Below are positions 35,655 through 47,233 of a stretch of 64,000 nucleotides of DNA, in pieces (the first letter of the stretch is position 1; the number at the start of each line of letters is the position of its first letter). The DNA is from Zootoca vivipara (Eukaryota). Location: contig NC_083281.1 in assembly GCF_963506605.1 (NCBI RefSeq), positions 45,446,001 through 45,510,000 on the forward strand. Direction: 5' to 3'. Under the pieces are notes generated by a model that had not been told where the DNA came from, made no database searches, and was given only the letters and a program-made list of their open reading frames with translations. A program made the translations under genes and the position numbers.

Positions 35655-38600
35655 CCAAGCGTCGTTGGAGCCTGAATTTGGCCACGTGTGGTCTCCGTTG
35701 GGGCCACTCTTGGGAAGCAGAGAGGCTGCTGTCTTCCCATGTTGCTTTCAGGAGCGGTGGCCAGTTGTCTTAGTTGCTGATGGGTTGATGCAGCACTCTG
35801 CCAGCAGACGTTTGGGTGGGATGGCTTGTGGTCCATGAGCATCTCATAAGCTCCTGGGGGGCTTCGTGCTTCAGCAGAGTATCTTCCCTAAAGTGCTGAG
35901 AAAGAGTCTGTTATTTGCAAAAGACAATCACTGGAAAGGGATGGAGGGATTACAGGCCTTGCAGTCAGCCTGGAGATGAGGAACAAATCAAATGCATTTG
36001 GTGGATACTTGAGAAATTTCCAGCACACCAGGAACTGTGTTGTGATCTATTTTCCCCTGAACTACCATTCCTTGCCCTCATGAAGCTGCCTGTACTACAC
36101 AAACAGAAGTATCAAAGTTAGCAGAGAGAGAAAGAGCTTTGTATACATACAAGGGGGAAGATGCACAAACTTTGACAGGCTGGGTTGGCTGAAGGGTCTC
36201 TTGTGCACAGAGTGCAGCGGAATCATTTCTGTGAGCATCGAACAGAAAGCTCTGAACTGGGTTTCTTCTCTCTCTCCGTCTGAGAATTGGGCATGGCTTC
36301 ATTTCCAGAGATGGGTGGGCCAGTTTGATTTGTTTCCTTTCCCCTCCTTTTCGTTTTATAAAAGGCTGCTACTTTTGGGCCTACCTCAGTGACCTTTTTT
36401 CTTGGCTTGTACCTCTTGCACTCCTCTGAGGACCTGCCACCCATTGCAAGACTGGAGTCAACGGCCTGCCAGTTCTGGTGGTGGATTCTGTAAGGCCAAG
36501 AGGGTCTAAGAACAGCTGCAAGGAGCAGCACCAGCCATCAACTTTGCAGTAGTGATTTCAGGACTCAAGGATCAGTATTTTTTCTTGCCAAAATGCATTC
36601 CGGCCCAAGGGAAGGGCGAAGAAAGAGGCTCCCCTCCAGCCAGCAGGTGCCCAGATTCCTTGGCGGATGGAAATGGGAGCCTGAGTGGAGTTCTTCTGTC
36701 TGGGGCTTGGACTGCCAGGCTAGCTGAGCCCACTTAGTGTATGGGCACTGCCTACATGGTTCTTTTCCAGCCTTGTAGTTAAGGAAGTGTATTTGTGTAT
36801 ATTCTGTAATAAAATGAGAACATTTTATAAAGCTGTCTTGCTCTGTCACCACTGCTTGCAAGTCGTCATTTTGCACTCGGTGAACGCTCATATTTCTGCT
36901 TTGTGGTGGATTTCTCTGTGCTGCCTTTATTATTGAACTGCCAAATGTGTGGCATTGTGCTAAAAAAGTATTGTAAATTAGGCTGAGGAGGGCAACTTGC
37001 CCATGGCAGGCCTGATGTTCTTGTTAGGCGCTTGTGACATCATCATGGCAGCTTAACCAAGATTGTGGAAGACTTTTAGACAAGAGCCAGTAACAGCTAG
37101 TTTCAGTTTACAGGTGCTCTCTGCCTTTTACATTCCTATGCATGGCTCAATTCACACAAAACATGAAGCCAAACTACCGCTTAGCATGAACACATGAGCG
37201 TGCCAGCTCCTTTGCTCCTCCAATCCTGCTGTAAGCTAAGCCACAGTTTGGCTTTCTTCGTCATTTGAACCTGAGCTTGTGGTTTCGTCTCCAGACAAAC
37301 TAATCAAGGTTTGTTCCTAGGTTTACAGGTCATGGTTTGTCTAGAGAAGACAAATCATGACGCCTGTTTTCAGATCACATGCAAAGCCAAAGCAGCTTAC
37401 AGCAGCAGGACCAGCAGCAAAGGCCATATGATCCTGTGTTTGTGTGTGAAGCTATGGTTTGGCTTCGAGTTATTTGCAGACTGGATCTGTGCGTGTCCGT
37501 TCCTGCTCCCAAATTGACAGTTACTATTTTTGTGTGTGGGTAAGTATATTTCCTGTGACTTGGCATCACCTCGGGAGGGAGCCTAAAAATGGGATCTGTT
37601 TAAAAACCCAGAGTTTGGTGTTTGCATTTTTAACCTCATTTGTCTTATTTGTGCAGCTCAGTCTTCTCCTGGGCTGTACCTTCTCCTCTTGCAGTGTGTC
37701 CCTTTCCCCCTCTTCCCTTAAGTGCTGACTCTAGTTTGGCTGCATGCTCTCTCTTGGCTGTCCTCATGTAGGGAGCTGCGCTGTCGGTGGTGCCAGATAC
37801 TGAACCTCGCAGGGCATTCTGTGGAGGCATTTGTGCTGCCTGTGCAGGGCCTCATGCCTCCAGGCCTCATCCAAAGAGACAGTGTGTCACTGCTTTGCCC
37901 TCTTTTTGGACAAGACCCAGAAGAGTGTGTTGCACGTCTTTCTCACTTCTTTGAAACCCCCAACACAACTCAAAGAGGAGCAGGGATCTCTGTACCTTCT
38001 GTGTGTGCTACTGGGCTTTGCATCAAATGTCAGCTGTTCCTGTCACCACCAGGTGGCAGCAGCAAATCACCCAAGAAGAAATACTTGCTCCCCAATTGCT
38101 GCTGGTCTGTGGGCAACTGGATCTCGGTCACACTTGTCGTTCCAAGTGAGGGAGTATTGCTGATACCTGGTGTGTGTCCGGAGAAGATGGGATTGCAGAT
38201 CTGGCTGCTCTGCTCCAAGAATGGCACACACTTAAAAGAAAAATGTTGGGTTTCCCCAGGTTTTTCGCACTGGCCAAGAGGCAGGAATGCCAGGGTGCTC
38301 CAGTAAGCAGGCAACTGGAGATGCCATGGGGATTTGGGTTACGTTCCTTGCTCGTCTCCATGTATCTAACGGTCTGGAAAAGGGGCTCAGCTGAAGGGAT
38401 CTCTCTGCAGTGTGCATTTGTGAGTGCTCGTGTCACAGAGGCATCAACAGGTGCTTGACAAGGGTGATGAGGGAGGCTGATGCTCAGGGATGATTAATGT
38501 GGACCCGGCTGAGTGAGAGCAACAGGAAGGATAGTTGAAACAAAATAAAAAAATTCCTTCCAGCAGCACCTTAAAGACCAACTAAGTTTTTATTTTTGTA

Positions 38601-39901
38601 TGAGCTTTCATGTGCACGCACACTTCTTCAGATACACTGAAGGATAGTTGACATTGATTCCTGCATTGCAGGATGGCCCTTTGGGTCCCTTCCCAAGCCC
38701 ACAGTTTGATGATTCTATGACCTAGAATCTCTAAGCAAGCAAGGCATTTTGTCTCGCTAGTGATTCTGGAAGTATCTTCAGCCTCTGCGCCCAGGACTCA
38801 CATGCCCCTTGCCCCAAATCTGAGCTGTAGTAACTCAGATATTGGTTTGCACCCCCTGGGGCTGATGGGACTTGTAGTCCAAAGCATCCAGAGGGCAGCA
38901 GGTTGGTGAATGCCGGCCTTGCATAATTGCATGACATCCCCACCTATATTGCCAACTGAAGACTATTCTCCCACCAGCACCGGAACACATTTTGTATTGG
39001 GGAACCAGAAAACATGCCTTCTGTTTTGCAGTGTCTTAGCTGCTCCTGCTATAAGGTAATGCACCAATCTGCCTGGCTGGGAGGGTCAGTTTTATGACAT
39101 TGGGGAAAACATGGTTAGGTGTTCATATTTGAGTGGTGAAGAGATTGAGGATAGATGGGCAGGACCCGTCACCCCTTTCTGCCCCCCAAAACATGTGTCA
39201 CCCACAGTGGCTCCTGGCACAGAACAACACATTCACTTAGAGCAGCTGTTAGAGACTCAACCTTTATTTCCTGCTTCTGCATGGGTAAATTTATTTACCC
39301 CATTTATTTCATTACATGGGAAATGCTTGGGGGGGGTTAACCTTCCTTTTCTTGCTGGCTGCAGCAGTAGCTGCACGTTCTTCTTGCTGAACACTACAGC
39401 CCTCCTGCCCACACTACATACAAGGCAGGGCGTGTGGGGTTTGCATTGCAGGGTCACAGCCAGGGTATTGCAAGTACCACAGGACTTCCTGTTTGTTTGC
39501 TGTCCTGAATGTAACCTCACCAATATTATTTTTTTGGGGAGGGGGGAAGTGGAGGGAGGTAATGCAGGCAGAAGGATGTCAAGGTCATTCTCTTGCAGGT
39601 CGGCCTCTGGGTTGTCTTGGCTCTTCACCCGACACAGGGTGGACCAGAATTGCGTCTTGAATGGAAGCAGGACAGGCAGTGCTGGTCTGAAGTCCGGGAC
39701 TGCTGTGATTCCATGGAAGAGCTGCTTGAACGGCTCCTGGAAGGCAACCAAGGCAGTTGGGTTGGAAGCCTGCAGGCACAGCTGGGCAAACTAGCGTGGG
39801 ATTCCTGGGCATCAAGTGCAATAAGACATTGTCCTTTCCACCAGATACTTGATGCTATCTTTGGGAAAGGAGACTTGGGCATGCTATTTAATGACCCCTA
39901 A
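35655..39901 (+). pseudogene. Degenerate intron-containing GEMIN4-like gene (fossil coding segment in the WDR59 3' UTR plus exons 37374-37539, 37772-38302, 39599-39901)
   Basis: Colinear peptide blocks resembling recalled human GEMIN4: EVSKLAE, WICACPFLL, ELRCxxxxxxNLAGH, RLSHFFE, QEWHTL, WSEVRDCCDSMEELL..GSWV. Canonical ag/gtaag boundaries. Several in-frame stops and frameshifts. Confidence 0.55.
36808..36813 (+). terminator. Probable WDR59 polyadenylation signal
   Basis: First AATAAA I found after the stop codon, about 1.15 kb downstream, with TGTA elements just upstream and T/GT-rich sequence downstream. Confidence 0.7.
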
Positions 39902-41999
39902 GTGGTGGCCAGGCTTGCCTCTTTTTCTCACGGAAGCACTGAGGAATTTGTAGCCCTGTAGATGTTGCTGAACTCCAACTCCCATCAGCCTGGCCAGCAG
40001 TCGGGGATGATGGGAGTTGCTGTCCCACAATATCTGGAAGGCCACGCAGCCATTGCACCACCATCTTCCCCCCATTTTTCCAAGCTGTTATCTTAAAAGG
40101 TGGAGGTATGCATCTCATCCAGTCAAGCCATCTAAGGCAGGGGCCATGTTGTGGGACTTCAAATCCCATCAGCTGCAGCTAGTGTGGTCAGGGATGATGG
40201 CAGTTGTAGTCCAAAAAAAACTTGGAAGGCCCCCAGTTCCCCATCTCTAGGCTGAGGCTACTATTCCTTTACAGCAGCTGAACCATAGGCACAACTCCAG
40301 CAATTGCCACATTTCTCCTCATCACCACTCCATACCGGAATGAGCCAAATCACTTCAAAGAGGCAGGAGAGCTCTGCCATTAGAGACTGGCAGCTTCAGA
40401 TGTGAGTGGATGCATCTAGTTTAATTTATTGCAGCCAGTATTTCAACTACAGGCGTGGGAGAGCTGTTGCACCCATTGTTTTGTTGTTTGATAAATAAAA
40501 CAACCGCCTTTTCCCCATAAAGGTGAACTCAAAGCAACAAGGACCTGAGAGACCAGGGTTCAAATCCTTGCTTGGCCACAAAGCCCACTGGGTGCCCTCG
40601 GGGCAGTCCTGCCTCTCAGCCTAAACTACCTCACAGGGCAGTTGTGAGGAGAAAATGGAGAAGAAAAGTAAGTATACCCCTTTGAGCCTTTAGGAGGAAA
40701 CAGTAGGATATAAATGCAAATAAACAAATAAAATACAGAAGCAAACCTTGAAAAACAAGTGTAAAAACAACATAAAATGCACACCAGTAGCTCGTTCTCT
40801 CTCTCCCCCCCCCCACAGAGTGAGTAGTTTTCCTAGCATTTTAAGGAGTTGTCCAAGCATTTAAGCAGTTTCTCCCCTATATGGATACTTCAATGTCCCC
40901 TATAATGAGCTCCCTGGCTGAACTTAATTCCAAACACCACCTTTCTTTTTCTTTTTGTTGCTTCTTTCTGTCTTCTGTGCTGTGAGATGTCTTCAGTCAC
41001 TGCTATCAGGTTGGTTTCTTCAGCAGTTTATGAAATGGCTCCATGCTAGGGCTGAAGAAGCCTAGGCCTGCTGCAGATTTTTTTTCCTGGATCTGGGGGG
41101 TTGGGGGGTTGGAGGGTAGGGAGTTTGGGGGCTGGACTGAACTGAATCAGAAAGTGCGCAGTTATGGCAGTCTGTTGGTGCCACCCAGCTCCATTTCCCC
41201 ATTCAGATTCCAGGCCAAGAGCTGAATGGGGGCCAATAAGCTGAAGGTGTATTTTAAGATGGAAAACTAGACCACCCGGTGGGCCCCTCAGACAGAGCAG
41301 TGGGTCCCAAAGTGGGCGGTGCTCCCCCTTGTGGGGGGTGCAGGGATTACCTAGGAGGACCCTAAGAGGCAGGGGTGTGGTGGAGGTGTACATTGATCAT
41401 GGCATCAAGTTCATTAGTTTGGCGACTTAATGACAATTAAACAGTTTTAATTTGATTTTGAATAAATATGCAAGTAATTGTAGGTTGTGCAAACTGCTCT
41501 TCTGAACAAGGGTTTTCATAGGGTAGGGCCACCCAAACATTGTGGGAGTCACTGAGATAGAGGATACCTTCAAACAGAGGGCTATCATTCGTAAAGTGCA
41601 ACACACAGCCACCCTAGGAAAATATGGTTTTTTCCCCTCTATGAGATTCTCAGCCCCCTTTCCCAGCTCTAGAGTAGCTGCTTACTCAGGACAGATCTAG
41701 AACCGAGATTGAACCTGGGTAGAACCTTTAAACAGCAGACTGCCTGGGATGTCGGAAGGTTACTACCTCCCCCCCCCCCCGCTATGAATGAATGAATCGG
41801 CTTTTCCAGCTGCTCCCTTGTAAGGAGTGAGGGAGAAAGAGCTTCATTTAGGAAGGCTGAGAGAAGGGACGGGACCAAGGCTGCTCCAATGCCTGCTGCC
41901 TTGAGGGTATGGGGTAGGACAGTTCCCCCCCCCAAGGGACTTCCCATTTCCCCCGGAATTATGCCATCTGACTTGGTGGCCTGTTCTCAATGGATTAAT

Positions 42000-42220
42000 C
42001 AATTTAATTTGTACACCTTTTTCTCCAAGGAGCTCAAGGGGGCCTACATGGTTCTCTTCCCATTCAATCCCCCACAACAACCCTGTGAGGTGGGCAAGGC
42101 TGAGAGACAGTGACTGACACACACACCCAGGTCACCCAGTGAGCTTCATGACCGTGTGGGGATTCAAACCCTGGTCTCCCAGGTCCTCGCCTGACACTCT
42201 TCACCATTGGATCACACTGG
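42000..42220 (-). mobile_element. Old tRNA-derived SINE (related copies at about 1625-1760, 4280-4460, 33080-33170, 40545-40720)
   Basis: B-box-like ggtttgaatccc and shared core ..gtcactgtctctcagcct..cctcacagggttgttg on the - strand. Confidence 0.6.
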
Positions 42221-42599
42221 TATTTCAGCCTACAGAGATTTTCCCATGCCCCAGTTCCCTAACGGGCTGTGGCAGCCATCTTTGTTTCCCCCCTGCCCCA
42301 GTTTGCTCACCTCTGTGCTTCAGGCAGTTTGTTCCCCTTGGCGTCCCGGAGATTCAGCTTCCTTAGGACGCGGATCAGCTTGCTGATCTGTCGCAGAGTC
42401 ATTTCAGGGGCCTGGCATGCCAGCCGCTGCCGCTGGCTGATCAGGCAAGGCGGGTTGGCAAAGAGGGAGAAGTAGCTGTTTCGGCCCAGGAGCTGCACCG
42501 CTTGCTTGTTCCCATAGCAGGAGGCGTACTGAGGGGGCAAGGAGGGGAGAAAGGCAAAGCAGGTTAGCCCCAGTCGAGAGGCTGCCCCAGAAACACCAT

Positions 42600-43520
42600 C
42601 AAAGCATTCCTGACATATGGCCCTCAAGCTTAAAGACCTCCAAAGATGGAGACCCCACCACACTTCTTGGCAGCAAATTCCACTGCCGAGCAGCTCTTAC
42701 TGTCAGGAAGTTCTTCCTAATGTTTAGGTGGAATCTTCTTTCTTGTAGTTTGAATCCATTGCTCCATGTCCACTTCTTTGGAGCAGCAGAAAACAACCTT
42801 TCTCCCTCCTCTATATGACATCCTTTTATATATTTGAACATGGCTATCATATCACCCCTTAACCTTCTCTTCTCCAGGCTAAACATACCCAGCTCCCTAA
42901 GCCGTTCCTCATAAGGCATTGTTTCCAGGCCTTTGGCCATTTTGGTTGCCCTCCTCTGGACACGTTCCAGCTTGTCAGTATCCTTCTTGAACTGTGGTGC
43001 CCAGAACTGGACACAGTACTCCAGGTGAGGTCTGACCAGAGCAGAATAAAGGTAAAGGGACCCCTGACCGTTAGGTCCAGTCGTGACCGACTCTGGGGTT
43101 GCACGCTCATCTCGCATTATTGGCCGAGGGAGCCGGCGTATAGCTTCCAGGTCATGTGGCCAGCATGACAAAGCCGCTTCTGGCAAACCAGAGCAGCACA
43201 TGGAAACGCCGTTTACCTTCCTGCTGTAGCGGTTCCTATTTATCTACTTGCATTTTGACGTGCTTTCGAACTGCTAGGTTGGCAGGAGCTGGGACCAAGC
43301 AACGGGAGCTCACCCCGTCACAGGAATTCGAACCGCTGACCTTCTGATCAGCAAGCCCTAGGCTCAGTGGTTTAACCACAGCGCCACCTGGGTCCCATTA
43401 CAGAATACAGTGGTACTATTACTTCCCTTGATCTAGATGCTATACTCCTATTGATGCAGCCCAGAATTGCATTGGCTTTTTTAGCTGCTGCATCACACTG
43501 TTGACTCATGTCAAGTTTTG
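42600..43520 (-). mobile_element. Young CR1 LINE 3' fragment interrupted by a SINE
   Basis: [52 protein letters not shown]. Confidence 0.92.
43049..43396 (-). mobile_element. Full-length Sauria SINE inserted in CR1
   Basis: Reverse complement of the 7619 family; TSD cagaata at 43042-43048 / 43401-43407. Confidence 0.9.
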
Positions 43521-43599
43521 TTGACTCATGTCAAGTTTCAGCTAGAATCTTTTTGCAGTCTTCTCTGCCGGGTCCTGTTGGTTAGCATCCTTTACTTTC

Positions 43600-43965
43600 A
43601 GTATGGTGCTGGAGGAGACTCTTGAGAGTCCCATGGACTGCAAGAAGATCAAACCTATCCATTCTTAAGGAAATCAGCCCTGAGTGCTCACTGGAAGGAC
43701 AGATCGTGAAGCTGAGGCTCCAATACTTTGGCCACCTCATGAGAAGAGAAGACTCCCTGGAAAAGACCCTGATGTTGGGAAAGATTGAGGGCACTAGGAA
43801 AAGGGGACAACAGAGGACGAGATGCTTGGACAGTGTTCTCGAAGCTACAAACATGAGTTTGACCGAACTGCGGGAGGCAGTGCAAGACAGGAGTGCCTGG
43901 CGTGCTATGGTTCATGGGGTCATGAAGAGTCAGACACGACTAAACGACTAAACAACAACAACAAC
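43600..43965 (+). mobile_element. BovB (RTE) LINE 3' fragment
   Basis: WCWRRLLRVPWTARRSNLSILKEISPECSLEG..LQYFGHLMRREDSLEKTLMLGKIEG, (CAA)n tail. Confidence 0.93.
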
Positions 43966-46166
43966 TTTCAGTATTGCCGTACCATTTTAAGAACATCTTT
44001 AAAATGTGCTGGATGAGGCCAATGGCCCCTCTGGTCCAGCATCCTGTTGTTACAGCAGACAACCAGGTGCCTGTGGGAAATCTGCAAGAGCACAAGAGCC
44101 CTCTCTTCTCCTACGTTTCCAGCAACTGGTATTCAGAAGCATTGCTGCCTCCAGCTGTGCAGGCAGGGTGTGACTATCACGGCTAGCAGTCAATAGCCTT
44201 CTCCTCCATGAATTTATCTAATAATCTTTTAAAGCCATCTAGGTTGGTGGCCATCACTGCCTCCCGGGGGAGGCAGTGTAAGAGATGTCTTCAAATTGAG
44301 ACACATTCCCACGGATGCCCTTCTCTCCTTATATAAAACATGCTGGTGATCAGTTTAGCTGTGGTTCTTGTACTGCAGGGGGTTGGACTAGATGAGCCTT
44401 GGGGTCCCTTCCAGCAGTACAATCCCGGGATTCTATGTACTAGCTGAGTTCTTTGATCATCTTGCACCTTAGCAACATTTTAGATTATAAGCAACGCTTA
44501 TAGATTATCTAGCAACGCTTGCTGCAGATACCATTCTGGGGAGAAAGAGGGTCCACAAATGGAGTAAGTAAATCAATGGGCACGGCCGGATTGTTTCTTA
44601 CCGGGACAAAAGTGGCCATATGTCTTCCGAAGCAGAAGAGGTGGTCCCAAGAGGTGTCTGTGAGGTTGATTAGCCGCTCAGCCCTTGAGAGACCCGTCAC
44701 TCGCCAGCTTTATAGGGATGCACCAGTGCTGTGCCGGAAACCAAAGGATACAGGCTGAGCTGTGCCTGCTGCCCACCCCCTTGCCCCGTTCCAGTGACCT
44801 CATCCCTGGTCAAGTTTCTCTAAGCAGTGCCTGTGCCTGCCTCTGCTGGCTCATCTTACCCAGAGGGCGGAGGCAGCCAAGAAAAGCAATCAATTAATTA
44901 TTGGCCGCCATTGTGCTCTCACAAAGAGAGAGTTGGGCCTAGGAAGAGCGGCAGCAAGAAAAGTAGGGCTTCTGCAAATAAGGGTCGTGAGTTGGGCTTA
45001 CGGCATTTATACTGCTGAGCCAAAATGAAAACAAGACAAAACACTCTGAGGCTCAGAGATCAAACATAGATAGCCACATTGGACCATTAGCACAAAGCAA
45101 CAACAGCAACACAAGGGCACCAGTACTTGTCATTGTTCAGCCATTAGTCCCCCAAAGCAGCTAACAAGATGCAGGAATTAAAAGCCAGCAGAAATTGATA
45201 ACAAAAGCAGCAATAACATAGGACACCAAATAGGACACAAAGCATAAGGATGCTTCTAGATGGGTGCTTAATATGTAAATGGATTATTGGTAATGGACAG
45301 ACTGCGTTTCATACTCTCTCCCAAGTGTCCCTATTTTCCGGGCACATTCCCAGATTTACAAGCCATCCTGGCTTCTGATTTGATCCCGGAATGTCCCTAT
45401 TTTCTTCACCAGCGCCACAGTGGCAGCTGCGAAGGGAACATCCTGTTGCCTCTCCTTGGCCTCTCCTGCCTTTGGGCAGTTTGTAGTGGCTGCTGGAGAG
45501 CGGATGAAGAGGAGGAGAGGCTGCCGCTGCCAAGGCCCAGCCTCGCATGATGCGCCAGCTCTGAGGGGCAGGCAGAGGCCAGGTCCACCCTGGACGGAAA
45601 GCGGGGCAGGGTTCAAGGAGTCCTGATTTAAAAGAAACACAAAACCTTTGTGTGTCTGCATCTAATCTTGCCCCTTTCCAAAAACTGTTTATTGGTGTTT
45701 GTTTTTCTTTTTGTAAATCAACCAAAGAATAGAATAAAATCAGAATTAAGAGGCTTTTTCAGGACAATGAAGGGCATGTGTGCTGTGTCCCATTGGTGAA
45801 GTGGTGGCATTCATCCGTCCTTGCTGGGTGTGGGTTGACAAAAGAGTGAGGGCTTGAGGAGGGTCAGTTGGGGGCGGGGAGTGAGAAATCTCTCTGTTTT
45901 CATCTGAGGAATGTTGGAGGGTGTGGGATTTCCCCCAGAAAGGGATAAATCTGGATAAAATTGGTGTGAGTGGGTGGGAGGCGGGGTGTTTTGATGCCTC
46001 TGTGTGAATGCAGCTTTTTTATTTTAAAAGAGAGAGAGACTTGCATGCATGAGTAGTGCCCATTCCACCATAACTCCCCATCTGGAAGCAAGCTAAATAA
46101 GAATAAGGCTTACAGCTACCTTAAGTGATGGCCACCACCTTGGATGGCATTAAAATAGGGTTAGAC

Positions 46167-46399
46167 CAGGCACCCCCAAACTCAGACCTCCAGATGTTTT
46201 GAAACTACAACTCCATAGCTGCCAAGTTTTCCCTTTTCTCGCGAGGAAGCCTATTCAGCATAAGGGAAAATCCCTTTAAAAAGGGGATAACTTGGCAGCT
46301 ATGCAACTCCCATCATCCCTAGCTAACAGGACCAGTGGTCAGGGAATGATGGGAATTGTAGTCCCAAAACAGCTGGAGGGCAGAGTTTGGGGATGCCTG
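46167..46399. mobile_element. hAT-type MITE containing a nested 90-bp MITE (46214-46303)
   Basis: 8-bp TSD ggttagac (46159-46166 / 46400-46407); inner element TIR catagctgccaagtt. Confidence 0.85.
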
Positions 46400-47195
46400 G
46401 GTTAGACAAATTCATGGAGAAGGCTATTGAGGACTACTAGCCACGATGGCCATGCTCTGCTTCCACAGTTGAAGGCAATAATGCTAGCAAATACCAGTTT
46501 GCTAGAATCCAGAGGAGGCGAGAGTGCTTTTGTGCTCATGGAGTTGCTGGGAGTTGCAGTCCAAAACTTCTGGTGGGCACCATGTTGCGGAAAGCTGCTT
46601 CAGATAATAAATCTCTTGGACATTTCTAAGCACCATAGAGTTCCTGATGCGCTCTTGAGAGAGCATCAGTATTTAAGAATAATGATAAATATGTTTCTCA
46701 GGGAAACCTTGCAGGTATTTTATATTCTCTGGCAATGCAAAGCCAGCCGTGCCCACCAGCGGCTGTGAATATCATCCATGCCATGTCCCACCTCACACTG
46801 CAACTTGGGTGAAAAGGGCCTTGCCTTTGGCAATCGACTGGATGCAGAAAGAGCTACCTTGCAAAGCGTCCCTTCTGTTTTGTTGTGCACTCAGGGTGGG
46901 GGCAGTATTTATTTAATTTTCACAGGGACTGGCAACAGATACAGCTGAGGACAGAAAGTGTCAGTGGAGGGGCTTGTGACCGAGGAAGAAGAGCCCCAGG
47001 AAGGGACCTATGCCATTGTGTAGTTAATTGTGGTACACATTCACTGTGCCAACAAATGCTGTGGTGGCAGATTTCCTCCATCATCAGGATGTCAGGCAGA
47101 GTGGTGTGTCTGAAGGTGGAGCATCAGGTGATCAGTATCCAGGAAAAGAAATGCATGCCCATAAAGAGAAGGGAGATTTATGTACATGCACGCAG

Positions 47196-47197
<2 letters not shown>

Positions 47198-47231
<34 letters not shown>
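47198..47231. repeat. (CA)n microsatellite
   Basis: Direct reading. Confidence 0.95.

Positions 47232-47233
<2 letters not shown>

Noticed and set aside
38147-38149. In-frame TGA as a possible selenocysteine codon
   Set aside because: It is one of several stops and frameshifts in the same fossil, and I could not identify a SECIS; simple decay is more parsimonious.
39111-39794. 227-aa ORF as a standalone gene
   Set aside because: The first two thirds read through intron-like sequence and the remainder is an alternative frame of the fossil exon 39599-39901.
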